Shown here one piece after another: positions 15,001-30,000 of a stretch of 64,000 nt of DNA. The notes under the pieces are model-generated. The model was not told the DNA's origin. It did no database searches and saw only the letters and a program-made list of their open reading frames with translations. Within the stretch, counting starts at the first letter, position 1, and every line of letters begins with the position of its first letter. Position numbers and translations under genes: made by a program. The stretch is from Auanema rhodensis. Its lineage: Eukaryota > Animalia > Nematoda. Location of the stretch: the NCBI GenBank assembly GCA_964057225.1, contig OZ059895.1:3038001-3102000 (forward strand), read 5' to 3'.

Positions 15001-18000
15001 CCCTTAAATAATAAACTGACCGACTAATCAGACATGGATCTTTCCAAGTTCTGTTGCTTGAACGGATGTTTTCCTACGTAGGCTAGTAAAACATGCCCTT
15101 CAAAGCATCAGAACATGTGATCACATTCCAATATTTTTGTATCTATCTTGTAAAGATAGTAATATATCATATGTTGAACACTATGTTGGAAAGATTTTAA
15201 TTCAGATTTTCTAACTTTTATTCAGTTTGTTTTTTAAACTTTGATTAAGAACTTTGATTTTTGTACACCCATAAATTATACGCAGCACAGGTTACCCTTA
15301 AATAATGAACTGACCGACTAATCAGACATGGATCTTTCCAAGTTCTGTTGCTTGAACGGATGTTTTCCTACGTAGGCTAGTAAAACATGCCCTTCAAAGC
15401 ATCAGAACATGTGATCACATTCCAATATTTTTGTATCTATCTTGTAAAGATAGTAATATATCATATGTTGAACACTATGTTGGAAAGATTTTCATTCAGA
15501 TTTTTTAATTTTTATTCAGTTTGTTTTTTAAACTTTGATTAAGAACTTTGATTTTTGTACACCCATAAATTATACGCAGCACAGGTTACCCTTAAATAAT
15601 GAACTGACCGACTAATCAGACATGGATCTTTCCAAGTTCTGTTGCTTGAACGGATGTTTTCCTACGTAGGCTAGTAAAACATGCCCTTCAAAGCATCAGA
15701 ACATGTGATCACATTCCAATATTTTTGTATCTATCTTGTAAAGATAGTAATATATCATATGTTGAACAGTATGTTGGAAAGATTTTAATTCAGATTTTCT
15801 AACTTTTATTCAGTTTGTTTTTTAAACTTTGATTAAGAACTTTGATTTTTGTACACCCATAAATTATACGCAGCACAGGTTACCCTTAAATAATGAACTG
15901 ACCAACTAATCAGACATGGATCTTTCCTAGTTCTGTTGCTTGAATGGATGTTTTCCTACGTAGGCTAGTAAAACATGCCCTTCAAAGCATCAGAACATGT
16001 GATCAAATTCCAATTTTTTTGTATCTATCTTGTAAAGATAGTAATATATCATATGTTGAACACTATGTTGGAAAGATTTTAATTCAGATTTTCGAACTTT
16101 TATTCAGTTTGTTTTTTAAACTTTGATTAAGAACTTTGATTTTTGTACACCCATAAATTATACGCAGCACAGGTTACCCTTAATTAATGAACTGACCGAC
16201 TAATCAGACATGGATCTTTCCAAGTTCTGTTGCTTGAACGGATGTTTTCCTACGAAGGCTAGTAAAACATGCCCTTCAAAGCATCAGAACATGTGATCAC
16301 ATTCCAATATTTTTGTATCTATCTTGTAAAGATAGTAATAAACTTTGATTTTTGTACACCCATAAATTATACGCAGCACAGGTTACCCTTAAATAATGAA
16401 CTGACCGACTAATCAGACATGGATCTCTCCAAGTTCTGTTGCTTGAACGGATGTTTTCCTACGTAGGCTAGTAAAACATGCCCTTCAAAGCATCAGAACA
16501 TGTGATCACATTTCAATTTTTTTGTATCTATCTTGTAAAGATAGTAATATATCATATGTTGAACACTATGTTGGAAAGATTTTAATTCAGATTTTTTCAA
16601 CTTTCACTCAGTTTGTTTTCTAAACTTTGATTAAGAACCTTGTTGTTTGTACACCCATAAAATATACGCAGCACAGGTTACCCTTAAATAATGAACTGAC
16701 CGTCTAATCAGACATGGATCTTCCCAAGTTCTGTTGCTTGAATGGATGTTTTCCTACGTAGGCTAGTAAAACATGCCCTTCAAAGCATCAGAACATGTGA
16801 TCACATTCCAATTTTTTTGTATCTATCTTGTAAAGATAGTAATATATCATATGTTGAACACTATGTTGGAAAGATTTTAATTCAGATTTTCTAACTTTTA
16901 TTCAGTTTGTTTTTTAAACTTTGATTAAGAACTTTGATTTTTGTACACCCATAAATTATACGCAGCACAGGTTACCCTTAAATAATAAACTGACCGACTA
17001 ATCAGACATGGATCTTTCCAAGTTCTGTTGCTTGAACGGATGTTTTCCTACGTAGGCTAGTAAAACATGCCCTTCAAAGCATCAGAACATGTGACCACAT
17101 TCCAATTTTTTTGTATCTATCTTGTAAAGATAGTAATATATCATATGTTGAACACTATGTTGGATAGATTTTAATTCAGATTTTTTCAACTTTCACTCAG
17201 TTTGTTTTCTAAACTTTGATTAAGAACTTTGATTTTTGTACACCCATAAATTATACGCAGCACAGGTTACCCTTAAATAATGAACTGACCGACTAATCAG
17301 ACATGGATCTTTCCTAGTTCTGTTGCTTGAATGGATGTTTTCCTACGTAGGCTAGTAAAACATGACCTTCAAAGCATCAGAACATGTGATCACATTCCAA
17401 TATTTTTGTATCTATCTTGTAAAGATAGTAATATATCATATGTTGAACACTATGTTGGAAAGATTTTAATTCAGATTTTCTAACTTTTATTCAGTTTGTT
17501 TTTTAAACTTTGATTAAGAACTTTGATTTTTGTACACCCATAAATTATACGCAGCACAGGTTACCCTTAAATAATGAACTGACCGACTAATCAGACATGG
17601 ATCTTTCCAAGTTCTGTTGCTTGAACGGATGTTTTCCTACGTAGGCTAGTAAAACATGCCCTTCAAAGCATCAGAACATGTGATCACATTTCAATTTTTT
17701 TGTATCTATCTTGTAAAGATAGTAATATATCATATGTTGAACACTATGTTGGAAAGATTTTAATTCAGATTTTTTCAACTTTCACTCAGTTTGTTTTCTA
17801 AACTTTGATTAAGAACCTTGTTGTTTGTACACCCATAAAATATACGCAGCACAGGTTACCCTTAAATAATGAACTGACCGTCTAATCAGACATGGATCTT
17901 CCCAAGTTCTGTTGCTTGAATGGATGTTTTCCTACGTAGGCTAGTAAAACATGCCCTTCAAAGCATCAGAACATGTGATCACATTCCAATTTTTTTGTAT

Positions 18001-21000
18001 CTATCTTGTAAAGATAGTAATATATCATATGTTGAACACTATGTTGGAAAGATTTTCATTCAGATTTTTTAATTTTTATTCAGTTTGTTTTTTAAACTTT
18101 GATTAAGAACTTTGATTTTTGTACACCCATAAATTATACGCAGCACAGGTTACCCTTAAATAATGAACTGACCGACTAATCAGACATGGATCTTTCCAAG
18201 TTCTGTTGCTTGAACGGATGTTTTCCTACGTAGGCTAGTAAAACATGCCCTTCAAAGCATCAGAACATGTGATCACATTCCAATATTTTTGTATCTATCT
18301 TGTAAAGATAGTAATATATCATATGTTGAACAGTATGTTGGAAAGATTTTAATTCAGATTTTCTAACTTTTATTCAGTTTGTTTTTTAAACTTTGATTAA
18401 GAACTTTGATTTTTGTACACCCATAAATTATACGCAGCACAGGTTACCCTTAATTAATGAACTGACCGACTAATCAGACATGGATCTTTCCAAGTTCTGT
18501 TGCTTGAACGGATGTTTTCCTACGAAGGCTAGTAAAACATGCCCTTCAAAGCATCAGAACATGTGATCACATTCCAATATTTTTGTATCTATCTTGTAAA
18601 GATAGTAATAAACTTTGATTTTTGTACACCCATAAATTATACGCAGCACAGGTTACCCTTAAATAATGAACTGACCGACTAATCAGACATGGATCTCTCC
18701 AAGTTCTGTTGCTTGAACGGATGTTTTCCTACGTAGGCTAGTAAAACATGCCCTTCAAAGCATCAGAACATGTGATCACATTTCAATTTTTTTGTATCTA
18801 TCTTGTAAAGATAGTAATATATCATATGTTGAACACTATGTTGGAAAGATTTTAATTCAGATTTTTTCAACTTTCACTCAGTTTGTTTTCTAAACTTTGA
18901 TTAAGAACCTTGTTGTTTGTACACCCATAAAATATACGCAGCACAGGTTACCCTTAAATAATGAACTGACCGTCTAATCAGACATGGATCTTCCCAAGTT
19001 CTGTTGCTTGAATGGATGTTTTCCTACGTAGGCTAGTAAAACATGCCCTTCAAAGCATCAGAACATGTGATCACATTCCAATTTTTTTGTATCTATCTTG
19101 TAAAGATAGTAATATATCATATGTTGAACACTATGTTGGAAAGATTTTAATTCAGATTTTCTAACTTTTATTCAGTTTGTTTTTTAAACTTTGATTAAGA
19201 ACTTTGATTTTTGTACACCCATAAATTATACGCAGCACAGGTTACCCTTAAATAATAAACTGACCGACTAATCAGACATGGATCTTTCCAAGTTCTGTTG
19301 CTTGAACGGATGTTTTCCTACGTAGGCTAGTAAAACATGCCCTTCAAAGCATCAGAACATGTGACCACATTCCAATTTTTTTGTATCTATCTTGTAAAGA
19401 TAGTAATATATCATATGTTGAACACTATGTTGGATAGATTTTAATTCAGATTTTTTCAACTTTCACTCAGTTTGTTTTCTAAACTTTGATTAAGAACTTT
19501 GATTTTTGTACACCCATAAATTATACGCAGCACAGGTTACCCTTAAATAATGAACTGACCGACTAATCAGACATGGATCTTTCCTAGTTCTGTTGCTTGA
19601 ATGGATGTTTTCCTACGTAGGCTAGTAAAACATGACCTTCAAAGCATCAGAACATGTGATCACATTCCAATATTTTTGTATCTATCTTGTAAAGATAGTA
19701 ATATATCATATGTTGAACACTATGTTGGAAAGATTTTAATTCAGATTTTCTAACTTTTATTCAGTTTGTTTTTTAAACTTTGATTAAGAACTTTGATTTT
19801 TGTACACCCATAAATTATACGCAGCACAGGTTACCCTTAAATAATGAACTGACCGACTAATCAGACATGGATCTTTCCAAGTTCTGTTGCTTGAACGGAT
19901 GTTTTCCTACGTAGGCTAGTAAAACATGCCCTTCAAAGCATCAGAACATGTGATCACATTTCAATTTTTTTGTATCTATCTTGTAAAGATAGTAATATAT
20001 CATATGTTGAACACTATGTTGGAAAGATTTTAATTCAGATTTTTTCAACTTTCACTCAGTTTGTTTTCTAAACTTTGATTAAGAACCTTGTTGTTTGTAC
20101 ACCCATAAAATATACGCAGCACAGGTTACCCTTAAATAATGAACTGACCGTCTAATCAGACATGGATCTTCCCAAGTTCTGTTGCTTGAATGGATGTTTT
20201 CCTACGTAGGCTAGTAAAACATGCCCTTCAAAGCATCAGAACATGTGATCACATTCCAATTTTTTTGTATCTATCTTGTAAAGATAGTAATATATCATAT
20301 GTTGAACACTATGTTGGAAAGATTTTCATTCAGATTTTTTAATTTTTATTCAGTTTGTTTTTTAAACTTTGATTAAGAACTTTGATTTTTGTACACCCAT
20401 AAATTATACGCAGCACAGGTTACCCTTAAATAATGAACTGACCGACTAATCAGACATGGATCTTTCCAAGTTCTGTTGCTTGAACGGATGTTTTCCTACG
20501 TAGGCTAGTAAAACATGCCCTTCAAAGCATCAGAACATGTGATCACATTCCAATATTTTTGTATCTATCTTGTAAAGATAGTAATATATCATATGTTGAA
20601 CAGTATGTTGGAAAGATTTTAATTCAGATTTTCTAACTTTTATTCAGTTTGTTTTTTAAACTTTGATTAAGAACTTTGATTTTTGTACACCCATAAATTA
20701 TACGCAGCACAGGTTACCCTTAAATAATGAACTGACCAACTAATCAGACATGGATCTTTCCTAGTTCTGTTGCTTGAATGGATGTTTTCCTACGTAGGCT
20801 AGTAAAACATGCCCTTCAAAGCATCAGAACATGTGATCAAATTCCAATTTTTTTGTATCTATCTTGTAAAGATAGTAATATATGATATGTTGAACACTAT
20901 GTTGGAAAGATTTTAATTCAGATTTTCGAACTTTTATTCAGTTTGTTTTTTAAACTTTGATTAAGAACTTTGATTTTTGTACACCCATAAATTATACGCA

Positions 21001-24000
21001 GCACAGGTTACCCTTAATTAATGAACTGACCGACTAATCAGACATGGATCTTTCCAAGTTCTGTTGCTTGAACGGATGTTTTCCTACGAAGGCTAGTAAA
21101 ACATGCCCTTCAAAGCATCAGAACATGTGATCACATTCCAATATTTTTGTATCTATCTTGTAAAGATAGTAATAAACTTTGATTTTTGTACACCCATAAA
21201 TTATACGCAGCACAGGTTACCCTTAAATAATGAACTGACCGACTAATCAGACATGGATCTCTCCAAGTTCTGTTGCTTGAACGGATGTTTTCCTACGTAG
21301 GCTAGTAAAACATGCCCTTCAAAGCATCAGAACATGTGATCACATTTCAATTTTTTTGTATCTATCTTGTAAAGATAGTAATATATCATATGTTGAACAC
21401 TATGTTGGAAAGATTTTAATTCAGATTTTTTCAACTTTCACTCAGTTTGTTTTCTAAACTTTGATTAAGAACCTTGTTGTTTGTACACCCATAAAATATA
21501 CGCAGCACAGGTTACCCTTAAATAATGAACTGACCGTCTAATCAGGCATGGATCTTCCCAAGTTCTGTTGCTTGAATGGATGTTTTCCTACGTAGGCTAG
21601 TAAAACATGCCCTTCAAAGCATCAGAACATGTGATCACATTCCAATTTTTTTGTATCTATCTTGTAAAGATAGTAATATATCATATGTTGAACACTATGT
21701 TGGAAAGATTTTAATTCAGATTTTCTAACTTTTATTCAGTTTGTTTTTTAAACTTTGATTAAGAACTTTGATTTTTGTACACCCATAAATTATACGCAGC
21801 ACAGGTTACCCTTAAATAATAAACTGACCGACTAATCAGACATGGATCTTTCCAAGTTCTGTTGCTTGAACGGATGTTTTCCTACGTAGGCTAGTAAAAC
21901 ATGCCCTTCAAAGCATCAGAACATGTGACCACATTCCAATTTTTTTGTATCTATCTTGTAAAGATAGTAATATATCATATGTTGAACACTATGTTGGATA
22001 GATTTTAATTCAGATTTTTTCAACTTTCACTCAGTTTGTTTTCTAAACTTTGATTAAGAACTTTGATTTTTGTACACCCATAAATTATACGCAGCACAGG
22101 TTACCCTTAAATAATGAACTGACCGACTAATCAGACATGGATCTTTCCTAGTTCTGTTGCTTGAATGGATGTTTTCCTACGTAGGCTAGTAAAACATGAC
22201 CTTCAAAGCATCAGAACATGTGATCACATTCCAATATTTTTGTATCTATCTTGTAAAGATAGTAATATATCATATGTTGAACACTATGTTGGAAAGATTT
22301 TAATTCGGTTTTTTTAATTTTTATTCAGTTTGTTTTTTAAACTTTGATTAAGAACTTTGATTTTTGTACACCCATAAATTATACGCAGCACAGGTTACCC
22401 TTAAATAATGAACTGACCGACTAATCAGACATGAATCTTTCCAAGTTCTGTTGCTTGAATGGATGTTTTCCTACGTAGGCTAGTAAAACATGCCCTTCAA
22501 AGCATCAGAACATGTGATCAAATTCCAATTTTTTTGTATCTATCTTGTAAAGATAGTAATATATCATATGTTGAACACTATGTTGGAAAGATTTTAATTC
22601 GGTTTTTTTAATTTTTATTCAGTTTGTTTTTTAAACTTTGATTAAGAACTTTGATTTTTGTACACCCATAAATTATACGCAGCACAGGTTACCCTTAAAT
22701 AATGAACTGACCGTCTAATCAGACATGGATCTTCCCAAGTTCTGTTGCTTGAATGGATGTTTTCCTACGTAGGCTAGTAAAACATGCCCTTCAAAGCATC
22801 AGAACATGTGATCAAATTCCAATTTTTTTGTATCTATCTCGTAAAGATAGTAATATATCATATGTTGAACACTATGTTGGAAAGATTTTCATTCAGATTT
22901 TTTAATTTTTATTCAGTTTGTTTTTTAAACTTTGATTAAGAACTTTGATTTTTGTACACCCATAAATTATACGCAGCACAGGTTACCCTTAAATAATAAA
23001 CTGACCGACTAATCAGACATGGATCTTTCCAAGTTCTGTTGCTTGAACGGATGTTTTCCTACGTAGGCTAGTAAAACATGCCCTTCAAAGCATCAGAACA
23101 TGTGATCACATTCCAATATTTTTGTATCTATCTTGTAAAGATAGTAATATATCATATGTTGAACACTATGTTGGAAAGATTTTAATTCAGATTTTCTAAC
23201 TTTTATTCAGTTTGTTTTTTAAACTTTGATTAAGAACTTTGATTTTTGTACACCCATAAATTATACGCAGCACAGGTTACCCTTAAATAATCAACTGACC
23301 GACTAATCAGACATGGATCTTTCCTAGTTCTGTTGCTTGAATGGATGTTTTCCTACGTAGGCTAGTAAAACATGCCCTTCAAAGCATCAGAACATGTGAT
23401 CAAATTCCAATTTTTTTGTATCTATCTTGTAAAGATAGTAATATATCATATGTTGAACACTATGTTGGAAAGATTTTCATTCAGATTTTTTAATTTTTAT
23501 TCAGTTTGTTTTTTAAACTTTGATTAAGAACTTTGATTTTTGTACACCCATAAATTATACGCAGCACAGGTTACCCTTAAATAATGAACTGACCGACTAA
23601 TCAGACATGGATCTTTCCAAGTTCTGTTGCTTGAACGGATGTTTTCCTACGTAGGCTAGTAAAACATGCCCTTCAAAGCATCAGAACATGTGATCACATT
23701 CTAATATTTTTGTATCTATCTTGTAAAGATAGTAATATATCATATGTTGAACAGTATGTTGGAAAGATTTTAATTCAGATTTTCTAACTTTTATTCAGTT
23801 TGTTTTTTAAACTTTGATTAAGAACTTTGATTTTTGTACACCCATAAATTATACGCAGCACAGGTTACCCTTAAATAATGAACTGACCAACTAATCAGAC
23901 ATGGATCTTTCCTAGTTCTGTTGCTTGAATGGATGTTTTCCTACGTAGGCTAGTAAAACATGCCCTTCAAAGCATCAGAACATGTGATCAAATTCCAATT

Positions 24001-27000
24001 TTTTTGTATCTATCTTGTAAAGATAGTAATATATCATATGTTGAACACTATGTTGGAAAGATTTTAATTCAGATTTTCGAACTTTTATTCAGTTTGTTTT
24101 TTAAACTTTGATTAAGAACTTTGATTTTTGTACACCCATAAATTATACGCAGCACAGGTTACCCTTAATTAATGAACTGACCGACTAATCAGACATGGAT
24201 CTTTCCAAGTTCTGTTGCTTGAACGGATGTTTTCCTACGAAGGCTAGTAAAACATGCCCTTCAAAGCATCAGAACATGTGATCACATTCCAATATTTTTG
24301 TATCTATCTTGTAAAGATAGTAATAAACTTTGATTTTTGTACACCCATAAATTATACGCAGCACAGGTTACCCTTAAATAATGAACTGACCGACTAATCA
24401 GACATGGATCTCTCCAAGTTCTGTTGCTTGAACGGATGTTTTCCTACGTAGGCTAGTAAAACATGCCCTTCAAAGCATCAGAACATGTGATCACATTTCA
24501 ATTTTTTTGTATCTATCTTGTAAAGATAGTAATATATCATATGTTGAACACTATGTTGGAAAGATTTTAATTCAGATTTTTTCAGCTTTCACTCAGTTTG
24601 TTTTCTAAACTTTGATTAAGAACCTCGTTGTTTGTACACCCATAAAATATACGCAGCACAGGTTACCCTTAAATAATGAACTGACCGTCTAATCAGACAT
24701 GGATCTTCCCAAGTTCTGTTGCTTGAATGGATGTTTTCTTACGTAGGCTAGTAAAACATGCCCTTCAAAGCATCAGAACATGTGATCACATTCCAATTTT
24801 TTTGTATCTATCTTGTAAAGATAGTAATATATCATATGTTGAACACTATGTTGGAAAGATTTTAATTCAGATTTTCTAACTTTTATTCAGTTTGTTTTTT
24901 AAACTTTGATTAAGAACTTTGATTTTTGTACACCCATAAATTATACGCAGCACAGGTTACCCTTAAATAATAAACTGACCGACTAATCAGACATGGATCT
25001 TTCCAAGTTCTGTTGCTTGAACGGATGTTTTCCTACGTAGGCTAGTAAAACATGCCCTTCAAAGCATCAGAACATGTGACCACATTCCAATTTTTTTGTT
25101 ACTATCTTGTAAAGATAGTAATATATCATATGTTGAACACTATGTTGGATAGATTTTAATTCAGATTTTTTCAACTTTCACTCAGTTTGTTTTCTAAACT
25201 TTGATTAAGAACTTTGATTTTTGTACACCCATAAATTATACGCAGCACAGGTTACCCTTAAATAATGAACTGACCGACTAATCAGACATGGATCTTTCCT
25301 AGTTCTGTTGCTTGAATGGATGTTTTCCTACGTAGGCTAGTAAAACATGACCTTCAAAGCATCAGAACATGTGATCACATTCCAATATTTTTGTATCTAT
25401 CTTGTAAAGATAGTAATATATCATATGTTGAACACTATGTTGGAAAGATTTTAATTCAGATTTTCTAACTTTTATTCAGTTTGTTTTTTAAACTTTGATT
25501 AAGAACTTTGATTTTTGTACACCCATAAATTATACGCAGCACAGGTTACCCTTGAATAATGAACTGACCGACTAATCAGACATGGATCTTTCCTAGTTCT
25601 GTTGCTTGAATGGATGTTTTCCTACGTAGGCTAGTAAAACATGCCCTTCAAAGCATCAGAACATGTGATCACATTCCAATTTTTTTGTATCTATCTTGTA
25701 AAGATAGTAATAAACTTTGATTTTTGTACACCCATAAATTATACGCAGCACAGGTTACCCTTAAATAATGAACTGACCGACTAATCAGACATGGATCTTT
25801 CCAAGTTCTGTTGCTTGAACGGATGTTTTCCTACGTAGGCTAGTAAAACATGCCCTTCAAAGCATCAGAACATGTGATCACATTTCAATTTTTTTGTATC
25901 TATCTTGTAAAGATAGTAATATATCATATGTTGAACACTATGTTGGAAAGATTTTAATTCAGATTTTTTCAACTTTCACTCAGTTTGTTTTCTAAACTTT
26001 GATTAAGAACCTTGTTGTTTGTACACCCATAAAATATACGCAGCACAGGTTACCCTTAAATAATGAACTGACCGTCTAATCAGACATGGATCTTCCCAAG
26101 TTCTGTTGCTTGAATGGATGTTTTCCTACGTAGGCTAGTAAAACATGCCTTTCAAAGCATCAGAACATGTGATCACATTCCAATTTTTTTGTATCTATCT
26201 TGTAAAGATAGTAATATATCATATGTTGAACACTATGTTGGAAAGATTTTAATTCGGTTTTTTTAATTTTTATTCAGTTTGTTTTTTAAACTTTGATTAA
26301 GAACTTTGATTTTTGTACACCCATAAATTATACGCAGCACAGGTTACCCTTAAATAATGAACTGACCGACTAATCAGACATGAATCTTTCCAAGTTCTGT
26401 TGCTTGAATGGATGTTTTCCTACGTAGGCTAGTAAAACATGCCCTTCAAAGCATCAGAACATGTGATCAAATTCCAATTTTTTTGTATCTATCTTGTAAA
26501 GATAGTAATATATCATATGTTGAACACTATGTTGGAAAGATTTTAATTCGGTTTTTTTAATTTTTATTCAGTTTGTTTTTTAAACTTTGATTAAGAACTT
26601 TGATTTTTGTACACCCATAAATTATACGCAGCACAGGTTACCCTTAAATAATAAACTGACCGACTAATCAGACATGGATCTTTCCAAGTTCTGTTGCTTG
26701 AACGGATGTTTTCCTACGTAGGCTAGTAAAACATGCCCTTCAAAGCATCAGAACATGTGATCACATTCCAATATTTTTGTATCTATCTTGTAAAGATAGT
26801 AATATATCATATGTTGAACACTATGTTGGAAAGATTTTAATTCAGATTTTCTAACTTTTATTCAGTTTGTTTTTTAAACTTTGATTAAGAACTTTGATTT
26901 TTGTACACCCATAAATTATACGCAGCACAGGTTACCCTTAAATAATGAACTGACCGTCTAATCAGACATGGATCTTCCCAAGTTCTGTTGCTTGAATGGA

Positions 27001-30000
27001 TGTTTTCCTACGTAGGCTAGTAAAACATGCCCTTCAAAGCATCAGAACATGTGATCACATTCCAATTTTTTTGTATCTATCTTGTAAAGATAGTAATATA
27101 TCATATGTTGAACACTATGTTGGAAAGATTTTAATTCGGTTTTTTTAATTTTTATTCAGTTTGTTTTTTAAACTTTGATTAAGAACTTTGATTTTTGTAC
27201 ACCCATAAATTATACGCAGCACAGGTTACCCTTAAATAATGAACTGACCGACTAATCAGACATGAATCTTTCCAAGTTCTGTTGCTTGAATGGATGTTTT
27301 CCTACGTAGGCTAGTAAAACATGCCCTTCAAAGCATCAGAACATGTGATCAAATTCCAATTTTTTTGTATCTATCTTGTAAAGATAGTAATATATCATAT
27401 GTTGAACACTATGTTGGAAAGATTTTAATTCGGTTTTTTTAATTTTTATTCAGTTTGTTTTTTAAACTTTGATTAAGAACTTTGATTTTTGTACACCCAT
27501 AAATTATACGCAGCACAGGTTACCCTTAAATAATAAACTGACCGACTAATCAGACATGGATCTTTCCAAGTTCTGTTGCTTGAACGGATGTTTTCCTACG
27601 TAGGCTAGTAAAACATGCCCTTCAAAGCATCAGAACATGTGATCACATTCCAATATTTTTGTATCTATCTTGTAAAGATAGTAATATATCATATGTTGAA
27701 CACTATGTTGGAAAGATTTTAATTCAGATTTTCTAACTTTTATTCAGTTTGTTTTTTAAACTTTGATTAAGAACTTTGATTTTTGTACACCCATAAATTA
27801 TACGCAGCACAGGTTACCCTTAAATAATGAACTGACCGTCTAATCAGACATGGATCTTCCCAAGTTCTGTTGCTTGAATGGATGTTTTCCTACGTAGGCT
27901 AGTAAAACATGCCCTTCAAAGCATCAGAACATGTGATCACATTCCAATTTTTTTGTATCTATCTTGTAAAGATAGTAATATATCATATGTTGAACACTAT
28001 GTTGGAAAGATTTTAATTCAGATTTTTTCAACTTTCACTCAGTTTGTTTTCTAAACTTTGATTAAGAACCTTGTTGTTTGTACACCCATAAAATATACGC
28101 AGCACAGGTTACCCTTAAATAATGAACTGACCGTCTAATCAGACATGGATCTTCCCAAGTTCTGTTGCTTGAATGGATGTTTTCCTACGTAGGCTAGTAA
28201 AACATGCCCTTCAAAGCATCAGAACATGTGATCAAATTCCAATTTTTTTGTATCTATCTTGTAAAGATAGTAATATATCATATGTTGAACACTATGTTGG
28301 AAAGATTTTCATTCAGATTTTTTAATTTTTATTCAGTTTGTTTTTTAAACTTTGATTAAGAACTTTGATTTTTGTACACCCATAAATTATACGCAGCACA
28401 GGTTACCCTTAAATAATGAACTGACCGACTAATCAGACATGGATCTTTCCAAGTTCTGTTGCTTGAACGGATGTTTTCCTACGTAGGCTAGTAAAACATG
28501 CCCTTCAAAGCATCAGAACATGTGATCACATTCCAATATTTTTGTATCTATCTTGTAAAGATAGTAATATATCATATGTTGAACAGTATGTTGTAAAGAT
28601 TTTAATTCAGATTTTCTAACTTTTATTCAGTTTGTTTTTTAAACTTTGATTAAGAACTTTGATTTTTGTACACCCATAAATTTTACGCAGCACAGGTTAC
28701 CCTTAAATAATGAACTGACCAACTAATCAGACATGGATCTTTCCTAGTTCTGTTGCTTGAATGGATGTTTTCATACGTAGGCTAGTAAAACATGCCCTTC
28801 AAAGCATCAGAACATGTGATCAAATTCCAATTTTTTTGTATCTATCTTGTAAAGATAGTAATATATCATATGTTGAACACTATGTTGGAAAGATTTTAAT
28901 TCAGATTTTCGAACTTTTATTCAGTTTGTTTTTTAAACTTTGATTAAGAACTTTGATTTTTGTACACCCATAAATTATACGCAGCACAGGTTACCCTAAA
29001 TTAATGAACTGACCGACTAATCAGACATGGATCTTTCCAAGTTCTGTTGCTTGAACGGATGTTTTCCTACGTAGGCTAGTAAAACATGCCCTTCAAAGCA
29101 TCAGAACATGTGATCAAATTCCAATTTTTTTGTATCTATCTTGTAAAGATAGTAATATATCATATGTTGAACACTATGTTGGAAAGATTTTAATTCAGAT
29201 TTTTTCAGCTTTCACTCAGTTTGTTTTCTAAACTTTGATTAAGAACCTTGTTGTTTGTACACCCATAAAATATACGCAGCACAGGTTACCCTTAAATAAT
29301 GAACTGACCGTCTAATCAGACATGGATCTTCCCAAGTTCTGTTGCTTGAATGGATGTTTTCTTACGTAGGCTAGTAAAACATGCCCTTCAAAGCATCAGA
29401 ACATGTGATCACATTCCAATTTTTTTGTATCTATCTTGTAAAGATAGTAATATATCATATGTTGAACACTATGTTGGAAAGATTTTAATTCAGATTTTCT
29501 AACTTTTATTCAGTTTGTTTTCTAAACTTTGATTAAGAACTTTGATTTTTGTACACCCATAAATTATACGCAGCACAGGTTACCCTTAAATAATGAACTG
29601 ACCGACTAATCAGACATGGATCTTTCCTAGTTCTGTTGCTTGAATGGATGTTTTCCTACGTAGGCTAGTAAAACATGACCTTCAAAGCATCAGAACATGT
29701 GATCACATTCCAATATTTTTGTATCTATCTTGTAAAGATAGTAATATATCATATGTTGAACACTATGTTGGAAAGATTTTAATTCAGATTTTCTAACTTT
29801 TATTCAGTTTGTTTTTTAAACTTTGATTAAGAACTTTGATTTTTGTACACCCATAAATTATACGCAGCACAGGTTACCCTTGAATAATGAACTGACCGAC
29901 TAATCAGACATGGATCTTTCCTAGTTCTGTTGCTTGAATGGATGTTTTCCTACGTAGGCTAGTAAAACATGCCCTTCAAAGCATCAGAACATGTGATCAC

